Source of the DNA: Malacoraja senta
Taxonomy: Eukaryota
Direction: 5' to 3'
Assembly: GCA_038087875.1 (NCBI GenBank)
Contig: JAXLNO010000278.1
Span: 1 to 64,000, forward strand
Length of the DNA stretch: 64,000 nucleotides
Shown here: positions 1 to 13,630 of the stretch, in pieces
Numbering within the stretch: position 1 is the first letter of the stretch
Layout of the letters: each line of letters starts with the position of its first letter
Made by a program: the position numbers and the translations under genes
The notes under the pieces: generated by a model
Database searches by the model: none
Seen by the model: only the letters and a program-made list of their open reading frames with translations
Told to the model about the DNA's origin: nothing

Positions 1-422
1 AAAGTCACCATAAATCCGGCAAGGTCGCCATAAATCCGCAAGGTCGCCACAAATCCGGCAATGTCGTCCTATTTCCGGCACGATCGCCATAACTACGGCA
101 AGGTCGCCACAAATCCGGCAAGTTCGCCATATTTACGGCATGGTCGCCATAAATCCCGCAAGGTCGCCACAAATCCGGCAATGTCGCCATATTTCCGGCA
201 AGGTCGCCATAAATCCGGCAAGGTCGCCACAAATCCGGCAAGGTCGCCACATTTGCGGCAACGTCGCCATAAATCCGGCAAGGTCGCCACAAATCCGGCA
301 AGGTCGCCACATCCCCGGCAAGGACGCCATAAATCCGGCAAGGTCGCCACAAATCCGGCAAGGTCGCCACTAATCCGGCAAGGTCGACACATTTCAGGCA
401 AGGTCGCCGCATTTCCGGCAAC

Positions 423-3400
423 GTCGCCATAAATGCAGCAAGGTGGACACAAATCCGACAAGGTCGCCATAAATCCGGCTAGGTCGCCACATTTCCGGCA
501 AGGACGCCATAAATCTGGCAAGGTCGGCACAAATCCGGCAAGGTCGCCACATTCCCGGCAAGGTCGCCATATTTCCTGCAAGGTCGCCATAAATCCGGCA
601 ATGTCGCCACAAATGCGGCAAGGTCGCCATATTTCCGGCAAGCTCGCCATAAATCCGGCAAGGTCGCCACAAATGCGTCAAGGTCGACATATTTCCGGCA
701 AGGTCGCCATAAATCCGGCAAGGTCGCCATAAATCCGGCAAGGTCGCCACAAATCCGGCAAGGTCGCCACTAATCCGGCAAGGTCGCCATAAATCCGCAA
801 GGTCGCCATAAATCCCGCAAAGTCGCCATATATCCGGCAAGGACGCCATATATCCGGCAAGGTCGCCACAAATCCGGCAAGGTTGCCATATTCCCGGCAA
901 AGTCGCCATAAATCCGGCAAGGTCTCCACAAATCCGGAAAGGACGCCATATTTCCGACATGGTCGTCATAAATCCGGCAAGGTGGCCACAAATCCGACAA
1001 GGTAGCCATATTTCCGGCAAGTTCGCCATAAATCCGGCATGGTGGCCACAAATCAGGGAAGGTCGCCATAAATCCGGCAAGGTCGCCACATTTCCGGCAT
1101 GGACGCAATAAATCCGGCAAGGTCGGCACAAATCCGGCAAGGTCGCCACATTCCCGGCAAGGTCGCCATATTTCCTGCAAGGTCGCCACAAATGCGTCAA
1201 GGTCGACATATTTCCGGCAAGGTCGCCATAAATCCGGCAAGGTCGCCATCATTCCGGCAAGTTCGCCATAAATACGGCATGGTGGCCACAAATCAGGGAA
1301 GGTCGCCATATTTCCGGCAAAGTCGCCATAAATCCGGCAAGGTCGCCATAAATCCGGCAAGGTCGCCACAAATCCGGCAAGGTCGCCATAAATCCGGCAA
1401 GGACGCCATAAATCCGGCAAAGTCGCCATATTTCAGGCAAGGTCGCCATAAATCCGGCAAGGTCGCCACAAATTCGGCAAGGTCGCCATATATCCGGCAA
1501 GGACGCCATATATCCGGCAAGGTCGCCACAAATCCGGCAAGGTTGCCATATTTCCGGCAAGATGCCATAAATCCGGAAAGGTCTCCACAAATCCGGCAAG
1601 GTCGCCATATTTCCGACATGGTCGTCATAAATCCGGCAAGGTGGCCACAAATCCGACATGGTAGCCATATTTCCGGCAAGTTCGCCATAAATCCGGCATG
1701 GTGGCCACAAATCAGGGAAGGTCGCCATATTTCCGGCAAAGTCGCCATAAATCCGGCAAGGTCGCCATAAATCCGGCAAGGTCGCCACAAATCCGGCAAG
1801 GTCGCCATAAATCCGGCAAGGTCGCCATATATCCGGCAAAGTCGCCATATTTCAGGCAAGGTCGCCATAAATCCGGCAAGGTCGCCACATATTCGGCAAG
1901 GTCGCCATATATCCGGCAAGGACGCCATATATTCGGCAAGGTCGCCACAAATCCGGCAAGGTTGCCATATTTCCGGCAAGGTCGCCATAAATCCGGAAAG
2001 GTCTCCACAAATCCGGCAAGGTCGCCATATTTCCGACGTGGTCGCCATAAATGCGGCAAGGTGGACACAAATCCGACAAGGTCGCCATAAATCCGGCAAG
2101 GTCGCCACATTTCCGGCAAGGACGCCATAAATCTGGCAAGGTCGGCACAAATCCGGCAAGGTCGCCACATTCCCGGCAAGGTCGCCATATTTCCTGCAAG
2201 GTCGCCATAAATCCGGCAATGTCGCCACAAATGCGGCAAGGTCGCCATATTTCCGGCAAGCTCGCCATAAATCCGGCAAGGTCGCCACAAATGCGTCAAG
2301 GTCGACATATTTCCGGCAAGGTCGCCATAAATCCGGTAAGGTCGCCATAAATCCGGCAAGGTCGCCACAAATCCGGCAAGGTCGCCACTAATCCGGCAAG
2401 GTCGCCATAAATCCGCAAGGTCGCCATAAATCCCGCAAAGTCGCCATATATCCGGCAAGGACGCCATATATCCGGCAAGGTCGCCACAAATCCGGCAAGT
2501 TGCCATATTCCCGGCAAAGTCGCCATAAATCCGGCAAGGTCTCCACAAATCCGGAAAGGACGCCATATTTCCGACATGGTCGTCATAAATCCGGCAAGGT
2601 GGCCACAAATCCGACAAGGTAGCCATATTTCCGGCAAGTTCGCCATAAATCCGGCATGGTGGCCACAAATCAGGGAAGGTCGCCATAAATCCGGCAAGGT
2701 CGCCACATTTCCGGCATGGACGCCATAAATCCGGCAAGGTCGGCACAAATCCGGCAAGGTCGCCACATTCCCGGCAAGGTCGCCATATTTCCTGCAAGGT
2801 CGCCACAAATGCGTCAAGGTCGACATATTTCCGGCAAGGTCGCCATAAATCCGGCAAGGTCGCCATCATTCCGGCAAGTTCGCCATAAATACGGCATGGT
2901 GGCCACAAATCAGGGAAGGTCGCCATATTTCCGGCAAAGTCGCCATAAATCCGGCAAGGTCGCCATAAATCCGGCAAGGTCGCCACAAATCCGGCAAGGT
3001 CGCTATAAATCCGGCAAGGTCGCCATAAATCCGGCAAAGTCGCCATATTTCAGGCAAGGTCGCCATAAATCCGGCAAGGTCGCCACAAATTCGGCAAGGT
3101 CGCCATATATCCGGCAAGGACGCCATATATCCGGCAAGGTCTCCACAAATCCGGCAAGGTTGCCATATTTCCGGCAAGGTCGCCATAAATCCGGAAAGGT
3201 CTCCACAAATCCGGCAAGGTCGCCATATTTCCGACATGGTCGTCATAAACCCGGCAAGGTGGCCACAAATCCGACATGGTAGCCATATTTCCGGCAAGTT
3301 CGCCATAAATCCGGCATGGTGGCGACAAATCAGGGAAGGTCGCCATATTTCCGGCAAAGTCGCCATAAATCCGGCAAGGTCGCCATAAATCCGGCAAGGT

Positions 3401-3658
3401 CGCCACAAATCCGGCAAGGTCGCCATAAATCCGGCAAGGTCGCCATATATCAGGCAAAGTCGCCATATTTCTTGCAAGGTCGCCATAAATCCGGCAAGGT
3501 CGCCACAAATTCGGCAAGGTCGCCATATATCCGGCAAGGACGCCATATATCCGGCAAGGTCGCCACAAATCCGGCAAGGTTGCCATATTTCCGGCAAGGT
3601 CGCCATAAATCCGGAAAGGTCTCCACAAATCCGGCAAGGTCGCCATATTTCCGACGTG
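423..3658. repeat. Tandem duplication of about 1,618 bp (about 423-2040 and 2041-3658)
   Basis: The same variant order (GTGGACAC, ATCTGGC, ACTAAT, 19-nt CCGCAAGG, CATCATTCC, ATACGGCATGG) recurs at offset 1617-1618. ORF pairs: 433/2051, 1099/2716, 1698/3316. Confidence 0.85.
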
Positions 3659-5859
3659 GTCGTCATAAATCCGGCAAGGTGGCCACAAATCCGACATGGT
3701 AGCCATATTCCCGGCAAGTTCGCCATAAATCCGGCATGGTGGCCACAAATCAGGGAAGGTCGCCATATTCCCGGCAAAGTCGCCATAAATCCGGCAAGGT
3801 CGCCATAAATACGGCAAGGTCGCCACAAATGCGTCAAGCTCGACATATTTCCGGCAAGGTCGCCATAAATCCGGCAAGGTTGCCATATTTCCGGCAAGGT
3901 CGCCATAAATCCGGCAAGGTCGCCACAAATCCGGCAAGGTTGCCATATTTCCGGCAAGGTCGCCATAAATCCGGAAAGGTCTCCTCAAATCCGGCAAAGT
4001 CGCCATATTTCCGGCAAGGTCGCCATAAATCCGGCAAGGTCGCCACAAATCCGGCAAGGTCGCCACATTTGCGGCAACGTCGCCATAAATCCGGCAAGGT
4101 CGCCACAAATCCGGCAAGGTCGCCACATCCCCGGCAAGGTCGCCATAAATCCGGCAAGGTCGCCACAAACCCGTCAAGGTCGCCACATTTCAGGCAAGGT
4201 CGCCGCAATTCCGGCAACGTCGCCATAAATGCGGCAAGGTGGACACAAATCCGACAAGGTCGCCATAAATCCGGCAAGGTCGCCACATTTCCGGCAAGGA
4301 CGCCATATATCCGGCAAGGTCGGCACAAATCCGGCAAGGTCGCCACAATCCCGGCAAGGTCGCCATATTTCCTGCAAGGTCGCCATAAATCCGGCAATGT
4401 CGCCACAAATGCGGCAAGGTCGCCATATTTCCGGCAAGCTCGCCATAAATCCGGCAAGGTCGCCACAAATGCGTCAAGGTCGACATATTTCCGGCAAGGT
4501 CGCCATAAATCCGGCAAGGTGGCCACAAATCCGACATGGTAGCCATATTTCCGGCAAGTTCGCCATAAATCCGGCATGGTGGCGACAAATCAGGGAAGGT
4601 CGCCATATTTCCGGCAAAGTCGCCATAAATCCGGCAACGTCGCCATAAATCCGGCAAGGTCGCCACAAATCCGGCAAGGTCGCCATAAATCCGGCAAGGT
4701 CGCCATATATCAGGCAAAGTCGCCATATTTCTGGCAAGGTCGCCATAAATCAGGCAAGGTCGCCACAAATTCGGCAAGGTCGCCATATATCCGGCAAGGA
4801 CGCCATATATCCGGCAAGGTCGCCACAAATGCGTCAAGGTTGCCATATTTCCGGCAAGGTCGCGATAAATCCGGAAAGGTCTCCACAAATCCGGCAAGGT
4901 CGCCATATTTCCGACGAGGACGCCATATATCCGGCAAGGACGCCACAAATCCGGCAAGGTTGCCATATTTCCGGCAAGGTCGCCATATTTCCGGCAAGGT
5001 CACCATAAATCCGGCAAGGTCGCCACAAATCCGGCAAGGTCGCCACATTTGCGGCAACGTCGCCATAAATCCGGCAAGGTCGCCACAAATCCGGCAAGGT
5101 CGCCACATCCCCGGCAAGGTCGCCATAAATCCGGCAAGGTCGCCACAAATCCGTCAAGGTCGCCACATTTCAAGCAAGGTCGCCGCATTTCCGGCAACGT
5201 CGCCATAAATGCGGCAAGGTGGACACAAATCCGACAAGGTCGCCATAAATCCGGCAAGGTCGCCACATTTCCGGCAAGGACGCCATAAATCCGGCAAGGT
5301 CGGCACAAATCCGGCAAGGTCGCCACAATCCCGGCAAGGTCGCCATATTTCCTGCAAGGTCGCCATAAATCCGGCAATGTCGCCACAAATGCGGCAAGGT
5401 CGCCATATTTCCGGCAAGCACGCCATAAATCCGGCAAGGTCGCCACAAATGCGTCAAGGTCGACATATTTCCGGCAAGGTCGCCATAAATCCGGCAAGGT
5501 GGCCACAAATCCGACATGGTAGCCATATTCCCGGCAAGTTCGCCATAAATCCGGCATGGTGACCACAAATCAGGGAAGGTCGCCATATTTCCGGCAAAGT
5601 CGCCATAAATCCGGCATGGTCGCCATAAATACGGCAAGGTCGCCACAAATGCGTCAAGGTCGACATATTTCCGGCAAGGTCGCCATAAATCCGGCAAGGA
5701 CGCCATATATCCGGCAAGGTCGCCACAAATCCGGCAAGGTTGCCATATTTCCGGCAAGGTCGCCATAAATCCGGAAAGGTCTCCACAAATCCGGCAAAGT
5801 CGCCATATTTCCGGCAAGGTCGCCATAAATCCGGCAAGGTCGCCACAAATCCGGCAAGG

Positions 5860-6520
5860 TCGCCACGTTTGCGGCAACGTCGCCATAAATCCGGCAAGGT
5901 CGCCACAAATCCGGCAAGGTCGCCACATCCCCGGCAAGGTCGCCATAAATCCGGCAAGGTCGCCACAAATCCGTCAAGGTCCCACATTTCAGGCAAGGTC
6001 GCCGCATTTCCGGCAACGTCGCCATAAATGCGGCAAGGTGGACACAAATCCGACAAGGTCGCCATAAATCCGGCAAGGTCGCCACATTTCCGGCAAGGAC
6101 GCCATAAATCCGGCAAGGTCGGCACAAATCCGGCAAGGTCGCCACAATCCCGGCAAGGTCGCCATATTTCCTGCAAGGTCGCCACAAATCCGGCAAGGTC
6201 GCCACATTTGCGGCAACGTCGCCATAAATCCGGCAAGGTCGCCACAAATCCGGCAAGGTCGCCACATCCCCGGCAAGGTCGCCATAAATCCGGCAAGGTC
6301 GCCACAAATCCGTCAAGGTCGCCACATTTCAGGCAAGGTCGCCGCATTTCCGGCAACGTCGCCATAAATGCGGCAAGGTGGACACAAATCCGACAAGGTC
6401 GCCATAAATCCGGCAAGGTCGCCACATTTCCGGCAAGGACGCCATAAATCCGGCAAGGTCGGCACAAATCCGGCAAGGTCGCCACAATCCCGGCAAGGTC
6501 GCCATATTTCCTGCAAGGTC
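5860..6520. repeat. Local tandem duplication of about 340 bp (17 monomers), also present at about 19,635-20,295 and 30,645-31,305
   Basis: The TTTGCGGCAACG...ACATCCCCGG...CCGTC...GCCGCATTT...GTGGACAC cassette repeats at about +340. ORF pairs: 6028/6368, 19802/20142, 30814/31154. Confidence 0.8.
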
Positions 6521-8500
6521 GCCATAAATCCGGCAATGTCGCCACAAACGCGGCAAGGTCGCCATATTTCCGGCAAGCTCGCCATAAATCCGGCAAGGTC
6601 GCCACAAATGCGTCAAGGTCGACATATTTCCGGCAAGGTCGCCATAAATCCGGCAAGGTGGCCACAAATCCGACATGGTAGCCATATTTCCGGCAAGTTC
6701 GCCATAAATCCGGCATGGTGGCGACAAATCAGGGAAGGTCGCCATATTTCCGGCAAAGTCGCCATAAATCCGGCAAGGTCGCCATAAATCCGGCAAGGTC
6801 GCCACAAATCCGGCAAGGTCGCCATAAATCAGGCAAGGTCGCCATATATCAGGCAAAGTCGCCATATTTCTGGCAAGGTCGCCATAAATCCGGAAAGGTC
6901 GCCACAAATTCGGCAAGGTCGCCATATATCCGGCAAGGACGCCATATATCCGGCACGGTCGCCACAAATGCGTCAAGGTTGCCATATTTCCGGCAAGGTC
7001 GCGATAAATCCGGAAAGGTCTCCACAAATCCGGCAAGGTCGCCATATTTCCGACGTGGTCGTCATAAATCCGGCAAGGTGGCCACAAATCCGACATGGTA
7101 GCCATATTCCCGGCAAGTTCGCCATAAATCCGGCATGGTGGCCACAAATCAGGGAAGGTCGCCATATTTCCGGCAAAGTCGCCATAAATCCGGCAAGGTC
7201 GCCATAAATACGGCAAGGTCGCCACAAATGCGTCAAGGTCGACATATTTCCGGCAAGGTCGCCATAAATCCGGCAAGGACGCCATATATCCGGCAAGGTC
7301 GCCACAAATCCGGCAAGGTTGCCATATTTCCGGCAAGGTCGCCATAAATCCGGAAAGGTGGACACAAATCCGACAAGGTCGCCATAAATCCGGCAAGGTC
7401 GCCACATTTCCGGCAAGGACGCCATAAATCCGGCAAGGTCGGCACAAATCCGGCAAGGTCGCCACAATCCCGGCAAGGTCGCCATATTTCCTGCAAGGTC
7501 GCCACAAATCCGGCAAGGTGGACACAAATCCGACAAGGTCGCCATAAATCCGGCAAGGTCGCCACATTTCCGGCAAGGACGCCATAAATCCGGCAAGGTC
7601 GGCACAAATCCGGCAAGGTCGCCACAATCCCGGCAAGGTCGCCATATTTCCTGCAAGGTCGCCATAAATCCGGCAATGTCGCCACAAATGCGGCAAGGTC
7701 GCCATATTTCCGGCAAGCTCGCCATAAATCCGGCAAGGTCGCCACAAATGCGTCAAGGTCGACATATTTCCGGCAAGGTCGCCATAAATCCGGCAAGGTG
7801 GCCACAAAACCGACATGGTAGCCATATTTCCGGCAAGTTCGCCATAAATCCGGCATGGTGGCGACAAATCAGGGAAGGTCGCCATATTTCCGGCAAAGTC
7901 GCCATAAATCCGGCAAGGTCGCCATAAATCCGGCAAGGTCGCCACAAATCCGGCAAGGTCGCCATAAATCCGGCAAAGTCGCCATATATCAGGCAAAGTC
8001 GCCATATTTCTGGCAAGGTCGCCATAAATCCGGAAAGGTCGCCACAAATTCGGCAAGGTCGCCATATATCCGGCAAGGACGCCATATATCCGGCAAGGTC
8101 GCCACAAATGCGTCAAGGTTGCCATATTTCCGGCAAGGTCGCGATAAATCCGGAAAGGTCTCCACAAATCCGGCAAGGTCGCCATATTTCCGACGTGGTC
8201 GTCATAAATCCGGCAAGGTGGCCACAAATCCGACATGGTAGCCATATTCCCGGCAAGTTCGCCATAAATCCGGCATGGTGGCCACAAATCAGGGAAGGTC
8301 GCCATATTTCCGGCAAAGTCGCCATAAATCCGGCAAGGTCGCCATAAATACGGCAAGGTCGCCACAAATGCGTCAAGGACGACATATTTCCGGCAAGGTC
8401 GCCATAAATCCGGCAAGGACGCCATATATCCGGCAAGGTCGCCACAAATCCGGCAAGGTTGCCATATTTCCGGCAAGGTCGCCATAAATCCGGAAAGGTC
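6380..8500. repeat. Local duplication of about 1,140 bp specific to super-unit copy A
   Basis: ORF pairs 6715/7855, 6968/8108 and 7135/8275 have offset 1140. The rare variant GTCGCGATAAAT occurs at about 6998 and 8138. The homologous segments at about 20.2-21.1 kb and 31.2-32.1 kb have only one copy. Confidence 0.85.
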
Positions 8501-11500
8501 TCCACAAATCCGGCAAAGTCGCCATATTTCCGGCAAGGTCGCCATAAATCCGGCAAGGTCGCCACAAATCCGGCAAGGTCGCCACATTTGCGGCAACGTC
8601 GCCATAAATCCGGCAAGGTCGCCACAAATCCGGCAAGGTCGCCACATCCCCGGCAAGGTCGCCATAAATCCGGCAAGGTCACCACAAATCCGTCAAGGTC
8701 GCCACATTTCAGGCAAGGTCGCGCATTTCCGGCAACGTCGCCATAAATGCGGCAAGGTGGACACAAATCCGACAAGGTCGCCATAAATCCGGCAAGGTCG
8801 CCACAAATGCGGCAAGGTCGACATATTTCCGGCAAGGTCGCCATAAATCCCGCAAAGTCGCCATATTTCAGGCAAGGTCGCCATAAATCCGGCAAGGTCG
8901 CCACAAATTCGGCAAGGTCGCCATACATCCGGCAAGGACGCCATATATCCGGCAAGGTCGCCACAAATCCGGCAAGGATGCCATATTTCCGGCAAGGTCG
9001 CCATAAATCCGGCAAGGTCGCCACATTTCCGGCATGGACGCCATAAATCCGGCAAGGTCGGCACAAATCCGGCAAGGTCGCGACATTCCCGGCAAGGTCG
9101 CCATATTTCCTGCAAGGTCGCCATAAATGCGGCAATGTCGCCACAAATGCGGCAAGGTCGCCATATTTCCGGCAAGCTCGCCATAAATCCGGCAAGGTCG
9201 CCACAAATGCGTCAAGGTCGACATATTTCCGGCAAGGTCGCCATAAATCCGGCAAGGTCGCCATCATTCCGGCAAGTTCGCCATAAATCCGGCATGGTGG
9301 CCACAAATCAGGGAAGGTCGCCATATTTCCGGCAAAGTCGCCATAAATCCGGCAAGGTCGCCATAAATACGGCAAGGTCGCCATAAATCCGGCAAAGTCG
9401 CCATATTTCAGGCAAGGTCGCCATAAATCCGGCAAGGTCGCCACAAATTCGGCAAGGTCGCCATATATCCGGCAAGGACGCCATATATCCGGCAAGGTCG
9501 CCACAAATCCGGCAAGGTCGCCATAAATCCGGAAAGGTCTCCACAAATCCGGCAAGGTCGCCATATTTCCGACAGTCGTCATAAATCCGGCAAGGTGGCC
9601 ACAAATCCGACATGGTAGCCATATTTCCGGCAAGTTCGCCATAAATCCGGCATGGTGGCCACAAATCAGGGAAGGTCGCCATATTTCCGGCAAAGTCGCC
9701 ATAAATCCGGCAAGGTCGCCATAAATCCGGCAAGGTCGCCACAAATCCGGCAAGGTCGCCATAAATCCGGCAAGGTCGCCATATATCCGGCAAAGTCGCC
9801 ATATTTCAGGCAAGGTCGCCATAAATCCGGCAAGGTCGCCACAAATTCGGCAAAGTCGCCATATACCCGGCAAGGACGCCATATTTCCGGCAAGGTCGCC
9901 AGAAATCCGGCAAGGTTGCCATATTTCCGGCAAGGTCGCCATATATCCGAAAAGGTCTCCACAAATCCGGCAAGGTCGCCATATTTCCGACGTGGTCGTC
10001 ATAAATCCGGCAAGGTGGCCACAAATCCGACATGGTAGCCATATTTCCGGCAAGTTCGCCATAAATCCGGCATGGTGGCCACAAATCAGGGAAGGTCGCC
10101 ATATTTCCGGCAAAGTCGCCATAAATCCGGCAAGGTCGCAATAAATCCGGCAAGGTCGCCACAAATGCGTCAAGGTCGACATATATCCGGCAAGGTCGCC
10201 ATAAATCCGGCAAGGTCGCCATAAATCCGGCAAGGTCGCCACATATCCGGCAAGGTCGCCACTAATCCGGCAAGGTCGCCATAAATCCGCAAGGTCGCCA
10301 TAAATCCGGCAAAGTCGCCATATTTCAGGCAAGGTCGCCATAAATCCGGCAAGGTCGCCACAAATTCGGCAAGGTCGCCATATATCCGGCAAGGACGCCA
10401 TATTTCCGGCAAGGTCGCCAGAAATCCGGCAAGGTTGCCATATTTCCGGCAAGGTCGCCATAAATCCGGCAAGGTCTCCTCAAATCCGGCAAGGTCGCCA
10501 TATTTCCGGCAAGCTCGCCATAAATCCGGCAAGTTCGCCACAAATGCGTCAAGGTCCACATATTGCCGGCAAGGTCGCCATAAATCCGGCAAGGTCCCCA
10601 CAAATTCGGCAAGGTCGCCATATATCCGGCAAGGACGCCATATATCCGGCAAGGTCGCCACAAATCCGGCAAGGTTGCCATATTTCCGGCAAGGTCGCCA
10701 CAAATCCGGCAAGGTCTCCACAAATCCGGGAAGGTCGCCATATTTCCGACATGGTCGTCATAAATCCGGCATGGTGGCCACAAATCCGACAAGGTAGCCA
10801 TATTTATGGCAAGTTCGCCATAAATCCGGCATGGTGGCCACAAATCAGGGAAGGTCGCCACAAATCCGGCAAGGTCGCCACATTTCCGGCATGGACGCCA
10901 TAAATCCGGCAAGGTTCGGCACAAATCCGGCAAGGTCGCCACATTCCCGGCAAGGTCGCCATATTTCCTGCAAGGTCGCCATAAATCCGGCAATGTCGCC
11001 ACAAATGAGGCAAGGTCGCCATATTTCCGGCAAGCTCGCCATAAATCCGGCAAGGTCGCCACAAATGCGTCAAGGTCGACATATTTCCGGCAAGGTCGCC
11101 ATAAATCTGGCAATGTCGCCACAAATCCGGCAAGGTTGCCATATTTCCGGCAAGGTCGCCATAAATCCGGAAAGGTCTCCACAAATCCGGCAAGGTCGCC
11201 ATATTTCCGACGTGGTCGTCATAAATCCGGCAAGGTGGCCACAAATCCGACATGGTAGCCATATTTCCGGCAAGTTCGCCATAAATCCGGCATGGTGGCC
11301 ACAAATCAGGGAAGGTCGCCATATTTCCGGCAAAGTCGCTATAAATCCGGCAAGGTCGCAATAAATCCGGCAAGGTCGCCACAAATGCGTCAAGGTCGAC
11401 ATATATCCGGCAAGGTGGCCATAAATCCGGCAAGGTCGCCATAAATCCGGCAAGGTCGCCACATATCCGGCAAGGTCGCCACTAATCCGGCAAGGTCGCC

Positions 11501-12889
11501 ATAAATCCGCAAGGTCGCCATAAATCCGGCAAAGTCGCCATATTTCAGGCAAGGTTGCCATAAATCCGGCAAGGTCGCCACAAATTCGGCAAGGTCGCCA
11601 TATATCCGGCAAGGACGCCATATTTCCGGCAAGGTCGCCATAAATCCGGCAAGGTTGCCATATTTCCGGCAAGGTCGCCATAAATCCGACAAGGTCTCCT
11701 CAAATCCGGCAAGGTCGCCATATTTCCGACATGGTCGTCATAAATCCGGCAAGGTGGCCACAAATCCGACAAGGTAGCCATATTTCCGGCAAGTTCGCCA
11801 TAAATCCGGCATGGTGGCCACAAATCAGGGAAGGTCGCCATAAATCCGGCAAGGTCGCCACATTTCCGGCATGGACGCCATAAATCCGGCAAGGTCGGCA
11901 CAAATCCGGGAAGGTCGCCACATTCCTGGCAAGGTCGCCATATTTCCTGCAAGGTCGCCATAAATCCGGCAATGTCGCAACAAATGAGGCAAGGTCGCCA
12001 TATTTCCGGCAAGCTCGCCATAAATCCGGCAAGTTCGCCACAAATGCGTCAAGGTCCACATATTGCCGGCAAGGTCGCCATAAATCCGGGAAGGTCCCCA
12101 CAAATTCGGCAAGGTCGCCATATATCCGGCAAGGACGCCATATATCCGGCAAGGTCGCCACAAATCCGGCAAGGTTGCCATATTTCCGGCAAGGTCGCCA
12201 CAAATCCGGCAAGGTCTCCACAAATCCGGCAAGGTCGCCATATTTCCGACATGGTCGTCATAAATCCGGCATGGTGGCCACAAATCCGACAAGGTAGCCA
12301 TATTTATGGCAAGTTCGCCATAAATCCGGCATGCAGGCCACAAATCAGGGAAGGTCGCCACAAATCCGGCAAGGTCGCCACATTTCCGGCATGGACGCCA
12401 TATTTCCTGCAAGGTCGCCATAAATCCGGCAATGTCGCCACAAATGAGGCAAGGTCGCCATATTTCCGGCAAGCTCGCCATAAATCTGGCAAGGTCGCCA
12501 CAAATGCGTCAAGGTCGACATATTTCCGGCAAGGTCGCCATAAATCTGGCAATGTCGCCACAAATCCGGCAAGGTAGCCATAAATCCGGCAAGGTCGCTA
12601 TAAATCCGGCAAAGTCGCCATGTTTCCGACATGGTCGTCATAAATCCGGCAAAGTCGCCATATTTCACGCAAGGTCGCCATAAATCCGGCAAGGTCGCCA
12701 CAAATTCGGCAAGGTCGCCATATATCCGACAAGGACGCCTTATATCCGGCAAGGTCGCCACAAATCCGGCAAGGTTGTCATATTTCCGGCAAGGTCGCCA
12801 TAAATCCGGCAAGGTCGCCACAAATTCGGCAAGGTCGCCATATTTCCGGCAAGGTCGCCATAAATCCGGCAAGGTCGCCATAAATCCGG

Positions 12890-13630
12890 CAAAGTCGCCA
12901 TATTTCAGGCAAGGTCGACATAAATCCGGCAAGGTCGCCACATTCCCGGCAAGGTCGCCATATTTCCTGCAAGGTCGCCATAAATCCGGCAATGTCGCCA
13001 CAAATGAGGCAAGATCGCCATATTTCCGGCAAGCTCGCTATAAATCAGGCAAGGTCGCCACAAATGCGTCAAGGTCGACATATTTCCGGCAAGGTCGCCA
13101 TAAATCCAGCAAGGTCGCCACAAATCCGGAAAGGTCGCCATAAATCCGGCAAGGTCGCCATAAATCCGGCAAGGTCGCCACAAATCCGGCAAGGTCGCCA
13201 TATTTCCGGCAAGGCCGCCATAAATCCGGCAAGGTCGCCATAAATCCGGCAAAGTCGCCATATTTCAGGTAAGGTCGACATAAATCCGGCAAGATCGCCA
13301 CATTCCCGGCAAGGTCGCCATATTTCCGACATGGTCGTCGTAAATCCGGCAATGTCGCCACAAATGAGGCAAGATCGCCATATTTCCGGCAAGCTCGCTA
13401 TAAATCCGGCAAGGTCGCCACAAATGCGTCAAGGTCGACATATTTCCGGCAAGGTCGCCATAAATCCAGCAAGGTCGCCACAAATCCGGAAAGGTCGCCA
13501 TAAATCCGGCAAGGTCGCCATAAATCCGGCAAGGTCGCCACAAATTCGGCAAGGTCGCCATATTTCCGGCAAGGTCGCCATAAATCCGGCAAGGTCGCCA
13601 TAAATCCGGCAAAGTCGCCATATTTCAGGC
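12890..13630. repeat. Local 360-bp (18-monomer) tandem duplication, also at about 36,850-37,590
   Basis: The variants GAGGCAAGATCG, GCTCGCTATA and ATCCAGCAAGG recur at +360. ORF pairs: 12905/13265 and 36868/37228. Confidence 0.85.

Noticed and set aside
3319..3346. Hairpin TGGCGAC-N12-GTCGCCA in the GGTGGCGAC variant, and short palindromes (CCGG, TGGCCA, GTCGAC, TCCGGA), as terminators or regulatory sites
   Set aside because: The stems are about 7 bp or shorter, arise from single substitutions in the monomer, lack a U-tract and have no associated gene.
6329..10461. Long ORFs of 778 and 782 aa (also 40868-42982, 46041-48263, 60677-62731 and all other listed ORFs) as repeat-protein genes
   Set aside because: The same peptide repeat appears in all three overlapping frames. 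There is no unique N- or C-terminal domain, inherited 18/19/21-nt monomers shift frames freely, and variants show no visible codon-position bias. These are artefacts of a stop-free 20-bp repeat.
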